Part shown: piece by piece, positions 28,293 through 37,719 of the stretch
Layout: each line of letters opens with the position of its first letter
How positions within the stretch are numbered: the first letter of the stretch is position 1
IMG/VR virus record: IMGVR_UViG_3300037608_000255
Location: 1-43,220 of that record
Strand: one strand, 5' to 3'
DNA from: a virus
Lineage: Duplodnaviria > Caudoviricetes
DNA length: 43,220 nucleotides
Made by a program: the position numbers and the translations under genes
Notes under the pieces: model-generated
Told to the model about the DNA's origin: nothing
The model's database searches: none
What the model saw: only the letters and a program-made list of their open reading frames with translations

Positions 28293-28505
28293 TTACTTGG
28301 TTTCAAATTTCTGCTTGTACATCCACTCCTGTAACAGGATGGTTTCGCTGTCGATTATCTTGACGCAGCTCTTGGGCAGCCAAGTTTTATCGCCCTCACA
28401 ATCGAACAGGATGGCGTTGTTTTCGGGCTTGTTAACCAATGCCCTTGCGAAGATTTTAACGGCTGGTTTGCCGTTCACTTCAAAATGGTTTAACATTGTG
28501 CTCAT
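28293..28505 (-). CDS. Hypothetical protein
   Basis: 70 aa with WLPKS; CCGCAAC leader. Confidence 0.7.
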   Translation of the reverse strand: MSTMLNHFEVNGKPAVKIFARALVNKPENNAILFDCEGDKTWLPKSCVKIIDSETILLQEWMYKQKFETK

Positions 28506-28528
28506 AACGTTGCGGTTTTTAATTGATA

Positions 28529-29035
28529 TTATAGTTGTTTTACTTTAAGGCGAATGGGAAAGCCCGCCCAGTTCCAAGCCAAAAGGGCTGCATCGCGGGT
28601 CTCCTGATTAGACTTACTGGGAAATCCTACTATGAATTGTGACACCTCGGCGTGGGTTATCTTCCCATCCTTACCACTCCAACACTTCCGAAGAGGTCGC
28701 TGCTCTATATAGTTTAACCCGTAGTGCTTACACATCTCCACAATTTTTCTTCCCGTTTCATGATTTCGGCCTACGGCATTACCCTTGGCTGCTGCCATGG
28801 CGGGTGAGTCTCTTCTGGCCACATGCCAATTTGATTCGTTTAACCAACCGGCTTCAACTACGATCAGGTGGCTAAATTGCACCTTAAAATCTTTTCGCTC
28901 CTTTAGGTAGTCGAGTAGGGCAGGAAAGGGCATGGAGTATAACTCAATTCTCCTGGTGTAATTGGTGGATAGTACAGCAACTCCCGATTTCTCGCAGTCA
29001 GGGTCTATCCCAATGATATAATCGTATTTAGTCAT
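28529..29035 (-). CDS. RuvC-like Holliday junction resolvase
   Basis: IIGIDPD...VVEA...NQETRDAALLA RNase H-fold pattern; likely ATG at 29035. Confidence 0.7.
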   Translation of the reverse strand: MTKYDYIIGIDPDCEKSGVAVLSTNYTRRIELYSMPFPALLDYLKERKDFKVQFSHLIVVEAGWLNESNWHVARRDSPAMAAAKGNAVGRNHETGRKIVEMCKHYGLNYIEQRPLRKCWSGKDGKITHAEVSQFIVGFPSKSNQETRDAALLAWNWAGFPIRLKVKQL

Positions 29036-29045
29036 TTTAGTATGA

Positions 29046-29285
29046 TTAATCTTGGAGTAATTCGTCGAGGCTTCTTTTATTTTGCTCCGCTTTTTTTCTT
29101 TCCTCCTCTTCAATCCTTTTTTGAAGCGCATCCTCTGTCAAAATGTAATTTGTTTCGGTACCACAGCATTTCTTTGCTTTTTTCCCGCTGCCACATAGGC
29201 AGGGTATATTCCTTTGTAGCTTGTAATGTTTGAGAGGGCTTCCATCATTACAGATAAAAGTCACCATTTTTTCATCTTTGCTCAT
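29046..29285 (-). CDS. SEC-C motif protein
   Basis: RNIPCLCGSGKKAKKCCG. Confidence 0.8.
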   Translation of the reverse strand: MSKDEKMVTFICNDGSPLKHYKLQRNIPCLCGSGKKAKKCCGTETNYILTEDALQKRIEEEERKKAEQNKRSLDELLQD

Positions 29286-29286
29286 A

Positions 29287-29463
29287 TTAATGGGTTGTTG
29301 TTAATATTATTAGCCTGATTAACTTAATAATTACCAATAAGAGAAGTTTGGAAAGAAGTATTGATACCACTATAGTTCTGATGTTGGTTTGAAAATATTG
29401 ATAACCATTTAGGGTGAAAACAACCTCTTTGTCAAGAAATTCTTCAAACTTATTCTGACTCAT
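29287..29463 (-). CDS. Small membrane protein (58 aa)
   Basis: Missing from the ORF track; MSQNKFEEFLDKE...IVVSILLSKLLLLVIIKLIRLIIL; fills the gap in the operon. Confidence 0.5.
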   Translation of the reverse strand: MSQNKFEEFLDKEVVFTLNGYQYFQTNIRTIVVSILLSKLLLLVIIKLIRLIILTTTH

Positions 29464-30076
29464 GCTGGAGTGTTTTTGTGAAAGTATTACATGCTTTACT
29501 CAACCGGTCCTCTACACCCTTCGCCCAAACCCTGAACGCCTTGTTGTAATTATACTCCTGATAGTACATGCCTCGGTATCTTCGGGCATCCTGATTACTG
29601 CGATTAATCAGCCCAGCCACCTCGTCAGGGGTCATTCTATCTTTAAGAAGGCAATGGTGGGTAAATATTAGCCTACAGTAAAACCATTCGCGAGATCGGC
29701 TTACTTTGGTGTATTGCTCATAAGGTATTCCCGTAACCTCTGTTATGGCTTCTTTTAACCTGTCTACCAGTTGCATTTCGTTAAGAATGTCCTCATGTAG
29801 CACAACCAACCCTAGTTCTTCGGCCACGAATTTTTCAATCCGAGCCCCCTTGGAATTTTTCCAATTGCCCAGAAGCATAATGGCATTGCACCCCATAAGC
29901 AATTCGATGTCCTTTACCAGATGTTCCTCCCAAGAGGTATTGAATGGCAACCCGTTTTTTAAGGGGTTAATTGGGTTTAGCCCTATGTTTTCGAGCAGAG
30001 TTTCTGCCCCTTCGAAACGCTCTTGTGCCTCTTGGAGTTCTAACCCCGTTATTTGTCCTGAAATGTAAACTCTCAT
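29450..30076 (-). CDS. DUF4406-like protein with a C-terminal helical/HTH-like domain
   Basis: MRVYISGQITG...NP...CNAIMLLGNWKNSKGARIE signature. Confidence 0.8.
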   Translation of the reverse strand: MRVYISGQITGLELQEAQERFEGAETLLENIGLNPINPLKNGLPFNTSWEEHLVKDIELLMGCNAIMLLGNWKNSKGARIEKFVAEELGLVVLHEDILNEMQLVDRLKEAITEVTGIPYEQYTKVSRSREWFYCRLIFTHHCLLKDRMTPDEVAGLINRSNQDARRYRGMYYQEYNYNKAFRVWAKGVEDRLSKACNTFTKTLQHESE

Positions 30077-30078
30077 AA

Positions 30079-30555
30079 CTAAAATTCGTTAGGTATATTA
30101 AACATCTCTTTTTCGTCCTTGCGAACATAAAATAGCTTGCCTGTTATCATAACCTTTGCATAATTACCCCAACTGGCTTCATTTTTCCCAACTAGAGTGC
30201 ACAAATCATGGTAAGAAAGAATCTTGACCCGTTTATCAAAACTCAATATATTGGCAAGCGTAGGGGTAGGGTATTGGCAAGTGTCAATAACATGATTTAC
30301 TGCATCGTTCAACCGTTGATCGGAAAACCCCTTATCAATTATTCGACTTTTTAGTATGCTGTAAAAGTCACGATCCAATTCTGGAAAAGCCATTTTTATT
30401 TTTGCCACATTCCGTGCAAAAGTCTCTTGCATTAGGCATCCAAGGTATACACTCATATATGTTTCGTTATTTTCCTTGGTGAAAATCTGTGGAGACGATT
30501 TCAGCAAGATCTTCCCATGTTGCTCCTGCTTTTTTGCTAATTGATTTGTTTCCAT
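30079..30555 (-). CDS. Hypothetical replication-associated protein
   Basis: 158 aa overlapping the end of the initiator gene. Confidence 0.6.
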   Translation of the reverse strand: METNQLAKKQEQHGKILLKSSPQIFTKENNETYMSVYLGCLMQETFARNVAKIKMAFPELDRDFYSILKSRIIDKGFSDQRLNDAVNHVIDTCQYPTPTLANILSFDKRVKILSYHDLCTLVGKNEASWGNYAKVMITGKLFYVRKDEKEMFNIPNEF

Positions 30556-31204
30556 TTTTATTTAAGGTTTTAGCCAAAAAAATATCAATGTATTTAACGC
30601 CATTTTTGTCCTTATTGCGAAGTTTGAGAGGTGAAAGGAAGTTTGTAGACCAAAAATCATCACAACGAGCCCACTGAACTGCTGATTTGATTTGATCCTC
30701 TTTATAACCATCTATTCGGATCAACTTATCAAAGAGGTCGAGGGAATTTTCTGTAATGTACTTTTCGTGAAAGAAACCTTTGGCCCACTCATTAATTTTT
30801 TTAGAAATTTCGAGGGTATTCTTAATACTATTTATATTATCATTTTCATTTCTATTTTCATTTCCCATATGTTTATCATATGTTGTTTCATATGTTGTAT
30901 CATGTGTTTCTGTTTTTTTTCCTGCTGCTTTATTCTTTTTCCTTGATTCACAGTAGTTTTTACGTTTTATTGACTCTTCGCGCATTCTCTCGTTATAATA
31001 CCCCCCCCCCTCATCGCGGACAAACTTTTTTATCACAGGTGAATCAAGTGTTCCACATATGTTAATCATATGATTTTCTGGGATGGCTCCGTGTTGATGT
31101 TGTTCGCATAAGAGCGTGATATACTGACCTCTCTGTTCCATCGTGAGAAATGTTACCCCACTCAGAAAGTCGCTCGTGTAAAATAGAACGGCTGGATCTT
31201 TCAT
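30467..31204 (-). CDS. Replication initiator (DUF1376/YdaU-like N-terminus)
   Basis: MKDPAVLFYTSDFLSG...EQRGQYITLLC; C-terminal DDFWSTNFLSPLKLR; internal iteron-like repeats. Confidence 0.75.
   Translation of the reverse strand: MKDPAVLFYTSDFLSGVTFLTMEQRGQYITLLCEQHQHGAIPENHMINICGTLDSPVIKKFVRDEGGGYYNERMREESIKRKNYCESRKKNKAAGKKTETHDTTYETTYDKHMGNENRNENDNINSIKNTLEISKKINEWAKGFFHEKYITENSLDLFDKLIRIDGYKEDQIKSAVQWARCDDFWSTNFLSPLKLRNKDKNGVKYIDIFLAKTLNKNGNKSISKKAGATWEDLAEIVSTDFHQGK
30866..30910. repeat. Iteron-like repeats, putative replication origin
   Basis: CATATGTT-type repeats at 30866, 30877, 30889 and 30901 beside an AT-rich tract; two more at 31056 and 31067. Confidence 0.6.
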
Positions 31205-31221
31205 AGTTGATGCGGAATTAA

Positions 31222-31244
31222 GCCCCCGACACTTGGCCGGGGGC
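31222..31244 (-). terminator. GC-rich hairpin upstream of the initiator gene
   Basis: GCCCCCG/CGGGGGC stem with only a weak U tail. Confidence 0.45.
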
Positions 31245-31251
31245 AAATTTG

Positions 31252-31995
31252 CTATACTTCAATAATGGCTATATCAGGGCAAATGGCTCTAATTTGCTGT
31301 AGCTGCTCGTCAATAGCCTTGTCTCGAACATCTTCCATGGTGGCCTGCGCCCCAGGGGATATTAAGGCAAAGGCTACCTGCCTACCGTCGATCTTGGCGA
31401 AGGTTTCTACCTCAATAATCTCGGGTTTTGAGCCCTTAAAAATGGGGATCACCAGAGAGAATACTTTGGGAAGGTTAGAGTTAACCACCTGCTCGAAATT
31501 ATCGGTCTTTCCTCCACCCTCGTTCACTGATCTTTCGATCTTATTGTTGATGCTGGCGGTGAAATTTAACAGCGAGGTTACCAGTTTCATGTTATCCTCA
31601 GGGGTTGCAAAAAACACCCTGTTCATTTTGAAGAATAACCCCAACTCTGTTGGTGTCCAAACCTTACCAGTGTTAATGCCGAACTCTGCAAACCTTGGGT
31701 GTTCCTCTAATTTTCCCACAACCTTGCCCTTTTCGTACTCGTCGTTCTCGTTAAGGATCAAATCAATGGCAATAGCCTCCCTGTTCACAAGTATGTGGCA
31801 ACGCTTCTGGTTAATTTGGTCCTCCTGATCACGCCTCTTTTTTAGAAACTCAAGGGGTGCACCTAGCGTTCCGTTGATGTTTGTTTTAACCGGGGGCTTA
31901 ATTGCTAACTCATTAGCAGTGTCAACCTCCCTGATAATTACCTCGGCTCTCTCCATCCCTGGGGCGAGGTTGATAACAATTTTCTCGTTTTGCAT
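31252..31995 (-). CDS. Hypothetical phage protein
   Basis: 247 aa in the early/middle operon. Confidence 0.8.
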   Translation of the reverse strand: MQNEKIVINLAPGMERAEVIIREVDTANELAIKPPVKTNINGTLGAPLEFLKKRRDQEDQINQKRCHILVNREAIAIDLILNENDEYEKGKVVGKLEEHPRFAEFGINTGKVWTPTELGLFFKMNRVFFATPEDNMKLVTSLLNFTASINNKIERSVNEGGGKTDNFEQVVNSNLPKVFSLVIPIFKGSKPEIIEVETFAKIDGRQVAFALISPGAQATMEDVRDKAIDEQLQQIRAICPDIAIIEV

Positions 31996-32062
31996 AAATG
32001 ATAATTTTTTGTTGTTAATGATAAATAATTGCGGATAGTGATAATTTACTTACAGAACAAGA

Positions 32063-32491
32063 CTACTCGTCGGTGCCTGTGCGTTTCATTTGGAATATAG
32101 TGCCCTGAAACTCGTCGGCATAGGCTGGACGGCTTTCAACTAGTTCGCCCTCTTCGTTGTAGTACCCCACCTCACGGGTTTTTGGGTCGATGAATTTGAA
32201 ACATCGCTCTACAACGTGCTCCGACTTATTTTTAAGACCAACAAGAATCCTATGTTTCTCCTTGTTCAGTGGCTCTAACTTATCCTTGAATTCAGCCATA
32301 ACCTCCTTCTTTTTCTCTTCTATATCGTTAATTTTTATGGCTGTTTCTGATAACTCCTCCTTCATCTGGGTTAGCTGATCGGGGGTAAAGCGTTTCATAT
32401 ACCCTTTTTCCTCTATGGCATCGCAGTTATCGGACAGGAAGGCAATACGCTGTTCACCTATTTGAACATCTTTAGCTAATTCTCTTTGCAT
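32063..32491 (-). CDS. Hypothetical coiled-coil phage protein
   Basis: 142 aa in operon context. Confidence 0.8.
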   Translation of the reverse strand: MQRELAKDVQIGEQRIAFLSDNCDAIEEKGYMKRFTPDQLTQMKEELSETAIKINDIEEKKKEVMAEFKDKLEPLNKEKHRILVGLKNKSEHVVERCFKFIDPKTREVGYYNEEGELVESRPAYADEFQGTIFQMKRTGTDE

Positions 32492-32513
32492 AATTGAATT
32501 TTGTTATTAGTGA

Positions 32514-32738
32514 TTAATCGCAATATGATCTATGGCAGTGTGGGCAGCCTGTTACCAACTCTTTTTCTGCTTTTTCAACAGAAATACCTGTTTTGTATTT
32601 CCCTCGGTCAATTTGTTCGTAGATATTCCGTTTGCAATTCCAGCAAACACCGCTTTTAGGGGCGAATTCTGGATATCCATTTGCCTTCTGAAGATCTTAT
32701 TGAGACTTAATTGCCTTATTCACGTCAAATGTTTCCAT
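32514..32738 (-). pseudogene. Zinc-finger phage protein interrupted by an in-frame TAA at codon 14
   Basis: METFDVNKAIKSQ*DLQKANGYPEFAPKSGVCWNCKRNIY...TGCPHCHRSYCD; TAA at 32699-32697. Confidence 0.7.
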
Positions 32739-32739
32739 T

Positions 32740-33480
32740 TTAAAATGGGGTTTTATTAAAGTTAATTTTCAGGCCTTTATCGGCCACATGAACGCTTTTG
32801 CCTGTTACCCTGTGAACTTCTCTTTTAAACTCTCCGGCATTACTGTTGCCGTCGCTCAAGTGAATGAGCACAATATTGTTCACGGCTTTCAAATCGTTTG
32901 CCTCAAGGGTTTCAATGCACGTTTCAAGGCTCATATGGCTCTGTAGGGTTCTGTTGCGTACAGCAAGGGGAATTTTCCCTGCTTCGATATTCTTCTGCAG
33001 TATCTCGGTGCTGTAGTTGCACTCGATCAGGATGTTATTCAACCCCTCAAATCGGTAGGGAGAGTAGTAACTGTCGGTTATGAACAGTACATTACCCGTT
33101 TCTGGGTGATTGATCAGGAAACCAAGGGGTTCGGCTGCGTCGTGCTTAACCTCGAAAGGAAGTACCGTGAAGTTGCCAATGTTAACCTTGTTGCCCGATT
33201 CTAAAAGCAGCGGATGAAAATTACCCTTTGGTTTAATTGCATTCATGGTACCGGCAGACATCCAAACGTTGATCCTGTTGTACAAAAACAGCTGAGTGTA
33301 TTTGGCGTGATCGCCGTGTTCGTGGGAGCATAAAGCCCCCACGATTTTTGACACATTGAAATCTACCGCCTTTTTCACCTCAAGAATCGACACCCCGCAC
33401 TCTATCACCAGCGCCTCGATCTCGTTTTGAAGAACGTATGCGTTGCCACGGCTGCTTGATCCTAATACCTGTAATTCCAT
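32740..33480 (-). CDS. MBL-fold metallo-hydrolase
   Basis: LGSSSRGN, SHEHGDH, HDA and HLS motifs. Confidence 0.9.
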   Translation of the reverse strand: MELQVLGSSSRGNAYVLQNEIEALVIECGVSILEVKKAVDFNVSKIVGALCSHEHGDHAKYTQLFLYNRINVWMSAGTMNAIKPKGNFHPLLLESGNKVNIGNFTVLPFEVKHDAAEPLGFLINHPETGNVLFITDSYYSPYRFEGLNNILIECNYSTEILQKNIEAGKIPLAVRNRTLQSHMSLETCIETLEANDLKAVNNIVLIHLSDGNSNAGEFKREVHRVTGKSVHVADKGLKINFNKTPF

Positions 33481-34385
33481 TAGAAATTACGTTTGCGCTC
33501 GCCTTGTGGCATCTCCATTGTACCTTGTACTGGCCTTGCTTGTGCATCTGGATGAACTTTTTGTTCTGGTTGTCCTTGCGATTGACTATTTTCAGGGGTC
33601 TTCCCGTCACTTTTTTCGGGACTTTTATCTCCCATCGATAGGGTGTCCTTATTGGCTTTATCAGCCTTCTCCTTGGCTACCTTGTCGGTTACATCCTCGA
33701 AGGGGACATCGGTAACAGAGCTATCGGAATCGGCATCACCAAAATCACAACCAGTGATGTACTCGTATAGAGCTTTTTTAGCCCTTCTTTCAGCCTTACC
33801 CCTCAGCTGATCGTGCGAACTGTAACTATCCTTTTTTACAGTGGCCATAATGGTGAACCCATTCTTTTCCCCGTTATGGTCGTAGGTTATTTTTACTGGA
33901 ATCTCGGCAAATCCAGCATTCTGTCCATTGTCGAAGCCGATGTTAAGAAAGTACTTGACCCCCAGTTTTTTCAACAGGTAAGTGTAGCCCTCTTTGGTTG
34001 GGTACATACGCTCGGCAATAATGTTCATCTGGTTGCCTGTTGGCATTAGCCCAATGGCCACCGCGTCGATAATGGCATCGCGTACAATTGATATAGCGTA
34101 TAATGGCGCTATTTGTCCTTGCTTGTTAGGTCTTCCATTGCGGTCGGTTAAGAACCCAATTTTAGTGTTCATCAGGGGCATGAATACCTCCTTCATAACC
34201 TCGTCGGTTAACGCCTCTCGTAACATTTTCACCACGCTTACAGCGGTGAAGGCAGCGCCAAAATTGTTAACGATTTGAAGGGTCTCGGCATCCTTACAGG
34301 CTATTTCGAACTTCTTTTTAGCCTGATCAATAATTGAAATCTCGTTGTTTTTCTCCATTGTTGCGGAATTTTGATTGTTAGACAT
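33480..34385 (-). CDS. Putative single-strand annealing (RecT-like) protein
   Basis: Lies between the SMC-like ATPase and the MBL nuclease; disordered C-terminal tail; family call is from synteny only. Confidence 0.5.
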   Translation of the reverse strand: MSNNQNSATMEKNNEISIIDQAKKKFEIACKDAETLQIVNNFGAAFTAVSVVKMLREALTDEVMKEVFMPLMNTKIGFLTDRNGRPNKQGQIAPLYAISIVRDAIIDAVAIGLMPTGNQMNIIAERMYPTKEGYTYLLKKLGVKYFLNIGFDNGQNAGFAEIPVKITYDHNGEKNGFTIMATVKKDSYSSHDQLRGKAERRAKKALYEYITGCDFGDADSDSSVTDVPFEDVTDKVAKEKADKANKDTLSMGDKSPEKSDGKTPENSQSQGQPEQKVHPDAQARPVQGTMEMPQGERKRNF

Positions 34386-34408
34386 TAAATAATTGATTGA
34401 TTAATAGG

Positions 34409-36427
34409 TTATTGAATGGTTAAAACCTTTTCTTTTGTCACCTTCAGGAAAACCATCTGCGAACCTGTGGGAATGTATAAGTTCACACTCTCTGCCCTAT
34501 CGCAGAATATTGGAGCCGATACCTGAAAGAATTTCGATAGAGCATTGATAATATCTAACCCTGCGTTGATTTCGCCCTCGGTATTGGTTGCTGATATGGG
34601 TACCCCCAAGGTATCAACAGCTATACACGCCTCAAACTCATTGCCCTCGTTGGTGGTGTCGAATAGTTTGAATCGAACAATTTTGAACAGGCTGTTTATA
34701 GGCTGCTCAATCTTATCAATCTTCACCTTCATAAACTCTTCAACAAGGAATACCTCGCGCTCGATGTCGGCAATTTGCTGGGTTAGCTTGGAACCGTCTG
34801 CTTTTAGGCTCTCAATTTCCTCCTTATGTTTGGCTATCAAGTCGCGTTCGGATAGTTGCTTTTTGAGCACATCGCGCCTATCGGTTAACTCTTGTTTTTT
34901 GGCGGACAAATCGGAGTTGTCAATTGGTTTCACCTCCTGAATGGTAGAAGTAATGGCGTTGATTTCCTTCTGAATGGTTACCCACTCGGGTATGGCTTCG
35001 GCAATTACCTCTTTGGGAACCACAACGGGGGTGCTGTTAAGCTGTTGTTTCAAGGTCTCATACTCTATGTCTAGAGCATCAATTTCTTGGGCATATCCTT
35101 TTAAGGATTTCTCCACCTCATCCATGCGAAGGTTAAGGGCTTTCAACTCTTCTGTTTGTGCAACGCCCAGCTGATTTATTTCATCAAGCCTTGTTTCCTT
35201 TGTTTTTATAAACTCAAATTGAGCCTTATCCTGCGCCTCCTGATGTTTTCCTTGGGCCAATTGGTCGCCACACTCGGTTCCGAATACTGGGCAAATTAAG
35301 CAACCAGCCACGGCTTTGTATTCGCGCTCATTCTCCTGCTCCCATTGGGTGCGAAGTTTCTCAATCTCTTTAATTACAGTCTCGGTTTGCTTAACAAGTT
35401 TTTCACCCTCCCTTTGGGTTGCCGTGCGCTCCTCGCTTATGCTGTTGAATTTTTTTAATGAGGCCGTTACCCTATTCTCTAGCTCATTGCGCAATTGATT
35501 GGCTTCGAATGCATCTTTTTGAGCTTTCTCTTTGGCCTTCTGCACCAACTCCACCTGCTTGCTTTTCAGGGTGTTAATCTGCCCTTGTTTTTCCTGAATG
35601 TTGTTGTACTGATCACGTATTGCCTCTGAACGATCGCTCATTTTGAGCGCAATGCCTAAAATTTCAGCATCTACCTCCGTTAGTTCGCGCTCAACAGCTG
35701 CATAGTCTTTGGCCTCGGGTGTTAACCGAGTTGTTTGATCGATGCGGGGCTGGATATCCTCAAGGGCCTCGTTAAGCTTTGCAATCTTGCTTTTTTGCTG
35801 CTTCTTATACTCCACCAAGGGGTCGCCCACTATGTTTTTAACAACGCTTGTAAACTCATTAACTCTGGATAGGAGTTCAGCATATTTAGGTCTCTCAAAG
35901 GCTATTTGCTCGTTGGATTCAATCTCGGCAATCTTGAATAGGATATCCCTCTGTTTGGCCCAATTAAGATCAAGAAATGCGTTAGGCTTGGTGATCAGTT
36001 TGAACACGGTTTCGTCGATAATACCATCGATAATAGCCTTGTACTCGCCTGCTTTCTTGGGCACGTCGTTCACAAAGAATAGGGTTTCATTGCCCTTGTA
36101 AACCTCCTCTGATTTACCCCGGGGGCGTGACCATATTTGGCGAAATATGCGCTTAAGGTGGTATTGTGCACCATCAACCTCAAGAAGCCCGTAAACCTCT
36201 GCGTCAACTCGGTCGAGCCTTACGTTATTGATGATAGGGAAAATTTCGTGATCCTTTCTGTCGAACTGATCCTTCCCGAACAGGAGCCACGTAAATGCAT
36301 CAAATACCGTGGACTTGCCCATGCGGTTGTCTCCCGAAATGGTGGTGTGCTCTCCAAAATTTACTACCAGTGATTTGTGCTTCTTGAAGTTGGTGAGCAC
36401 CAATTGTTTTAAATTTACTCTTTTCAT
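34409..36427 (-). CDS. SMC/Rad50-like ATPase
   Basis: Walker A GDNRMGKST, long coiled coil, central CPVFGTEC hook-like motif, C-terminal PIFCDRAES. Confidence 0.85.
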   Translation of the reverse strand: MKRVNLKQLVLTNFKKHKSLVVNFGEHTTISGDNRMGKSTVFDAFTWLLFGKDQFDRKDHEIFPIINNVRLDRVDAEVYGLLEVDGAQYHLKRIFRQIWSRPRGKSEEVYKGNETLFFVNDVPKKAGEYKAIIDGIIDETVFKLITKPNAFLDLNWAKQRDILFKIAEIESNEQIAFERPKYAELLSRVNEFTSVVKNIVGDPLVEYKKQQKSKIAKLNEALEDIQPRIDQTTRLTPEAKDYAAVERELTEVDAEILGIALKMSDRSEAIRDQYNNIQEKQGQINTLKSKQVELVQKAKEKAQKDAFEANQLRNELENRVTASLKKFNSISEERTATQREGEKLVKQTETVIKEIEKLRTQWEQENEREYKAVAGCLICPVFGTECGDQLAQGKHQEAQDKAQFEFIKTKETRLDEINQLGVAQTEELKALNLRMDEVEKSLKGYAQEIDALDIEYETLKQQLNSTPVVVPKEVIAEAIPEWVTIQKEINAITSTIQEVKPIDNSDLSAKKQELTDRRDVLKKQLSERDLIAKHKEEIESLKADGSKLTQQIADIEREVFLVEEFMKVKIDKIEQPINSLFKIVRFKLFDTTNEGNEFEACIAVDTLGVPISATNTEGEINAGLDIINALSKFFQVSAPIFCDRAESVNLYIPTGSQMVFLKVTKEKVLTIQ

Positions 36428-36456
36428 TTTGTTGCGGGTTTTGTGGTTAATTACTA

Positions 36457-36726
36457 TTATTCAGTTGCTCTTTTAATTACATTCCTGATGTCGTCGTGTA
36501 AAGGGGAATCCTTGTTGATTTTTAGATGTGAGTTAATGGCATCGTTTATAAAATCGAGTAGCTCTAGCATATCGGGGGCTGTGGAAATCAGTTTGGCATC
36601 GGATTCTCCCATATCCCTTCCGTTGTTCATCTGCTCGGCAATTGTTTTGCCGTTCTCGGATTCTATAGCCCAACCGTATTGCCTTTCTACAGCCTTCCAA
36701 GGGCCTGGAGTGTTTTTAGTTTTCAT
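36457..36726 (-). CDS. Hypothetical phage protein
   Basis: TPGPW...DAKLISTAPDMLELL, a common phage motif. Confidence 0.75.
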   Translation of the reverse strand: MKTKNTPGPWKAVERQYGWAIESENGKTIAEQMNNGRDMGESDAKLISTAPDMLELLDFINDAINSHLKINKDSPLHDDIRNVIKRATE

Positions 36727-37123
36727 TTGCCTTTTTTATTGGGGTTAATACGATCCAACCTTTGTCGTTATTCCCGTTGGCCTCGAAGTATCCCACCTTG
36801 GAATCGCTTTTAAAAAACTCAAAGAACTGGTGACCGAGAGTTTTTGATGTGAACCGGTAGTTGGGGCGCGAGGGGCCTGCCTTTCTTAAGTAGTAGGAAT
36901 CCTCCTCTGGCTCCTCCTTGAAAATGTAGGCGCAATTATTCTTTTTAGAAAATCCGAACATCACAGCATCTTTATCAGTGCAACCAAGCAGTTTGGCTAA
37001 CTTTTCGAACACCACAAATCGGCCTGCCTCAAACTCAACCTTTAAAAGGGTTTTCTCCCGGCACATAAATTGCCCTGTTGAGCCGTGCTTTCTTCTGAAT
37101 ATCAATACATCATCCATCTGCAT
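36716..37123 (-). CDS. Hypothetical protein
   Basis: 135 aa in operon context. Confidence 0.7.
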   Translation of the reverse strand: MQMDDVLIFRRKHGSTGQFMCREKTLLKVEFEAGRFVVFEKLAKLLGCTDKDAVMFGFSKKNNCAYIFKEEPEEDSYYLRKAGPSRPNYRFTSKTLGHQFFEFFKSDSKVGYFEANGNNDKGWIVLTPIKKANEN

Positions 37124-37420
37124 CTACTTTATCTCGTTATTACTCTTCATTACCCGTTCCAACTGGTTCAGGTCGCTACGCCACTCGTCGATCATCCAGG
37201 GCATAGCCGTTGCACCCGCAGGGCGTGCACATTTTCCCTCCTCGGTGGCAATAGAGCGCATATAGTAGTCTCGCATCTGCTGACGACGAAGAGGTGTCAT
37301 TCTGTCAAACCTGCTGCCTTTGGGCAGGGTAAGCGCATCAATAACTGCGCTTGTGCTCTCGGTTTGTAGGCTTTGGGGGTCTAGAGCTCTGCCTAAAATC
37401 CCGTACAGATCTGTTCTCAT
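37124..37420 (-). CDS. Hypothetical protein
   Basis: 98 aa, coupled to its neighbours. Confidence 0.6.
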   Translation of the reverse strand: MRTDLYGILGRALDPQSLQTESTSAVIDALTLPKGSRFDRMTPLRRQQMRDYYMRSIATEEGKCARPAGATAMPWMIDEWRSDLNQLERVMKSNNEIK

Positions 37421-37719
37421 TTTCGTTCCTCCGTGGTTAGGTAGCTTGCCCGGTTGGCTGTTTTGGCTACAGTTTCAATTTGAATTCTGTTAATTCGTAT
37501 GCTGGCATTGCGGTTCCCGTCTTTTATGGCAAGGATTAATCCCTCCTTTATCCATCGGTTAACCACCGCTTCGCCGTATAATCGATGGGCCTCCCTTAGC
37601 TTTAGGTAAGGTTTTATAAGCCCTGCATCCTGTAAGGCTTTTTTTGCCCCCACTTCAGCAGCATCAATCAGCGCATTACGATATTCTATCTCTGTTTGGG
37701 GTAGTGGCATTTTTGGCAT
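37417..37719 (-). CDS. Excisionase-like winged-HTH protein
   Basis: YLKLREAHRLYGEAVVNRWIKEGLI pattern. Confidence 0.55.
   Translation of the reverse strand: MPKMPLPQTEIEYRNALIDAAEVGAKKALQDAGLIKPYLKLREAHRLYGEAVVNRWIKEGLILAIKDGNRNASIRINRIQIETVAKTANRASYLTTEERK

Noticed and set aside
32697-32699. Stop-codon reassignment suggested by the in-frame TAA
   Set aside because: TAA, TAG and TGA all terminate well-formed genes elsewhere in the window
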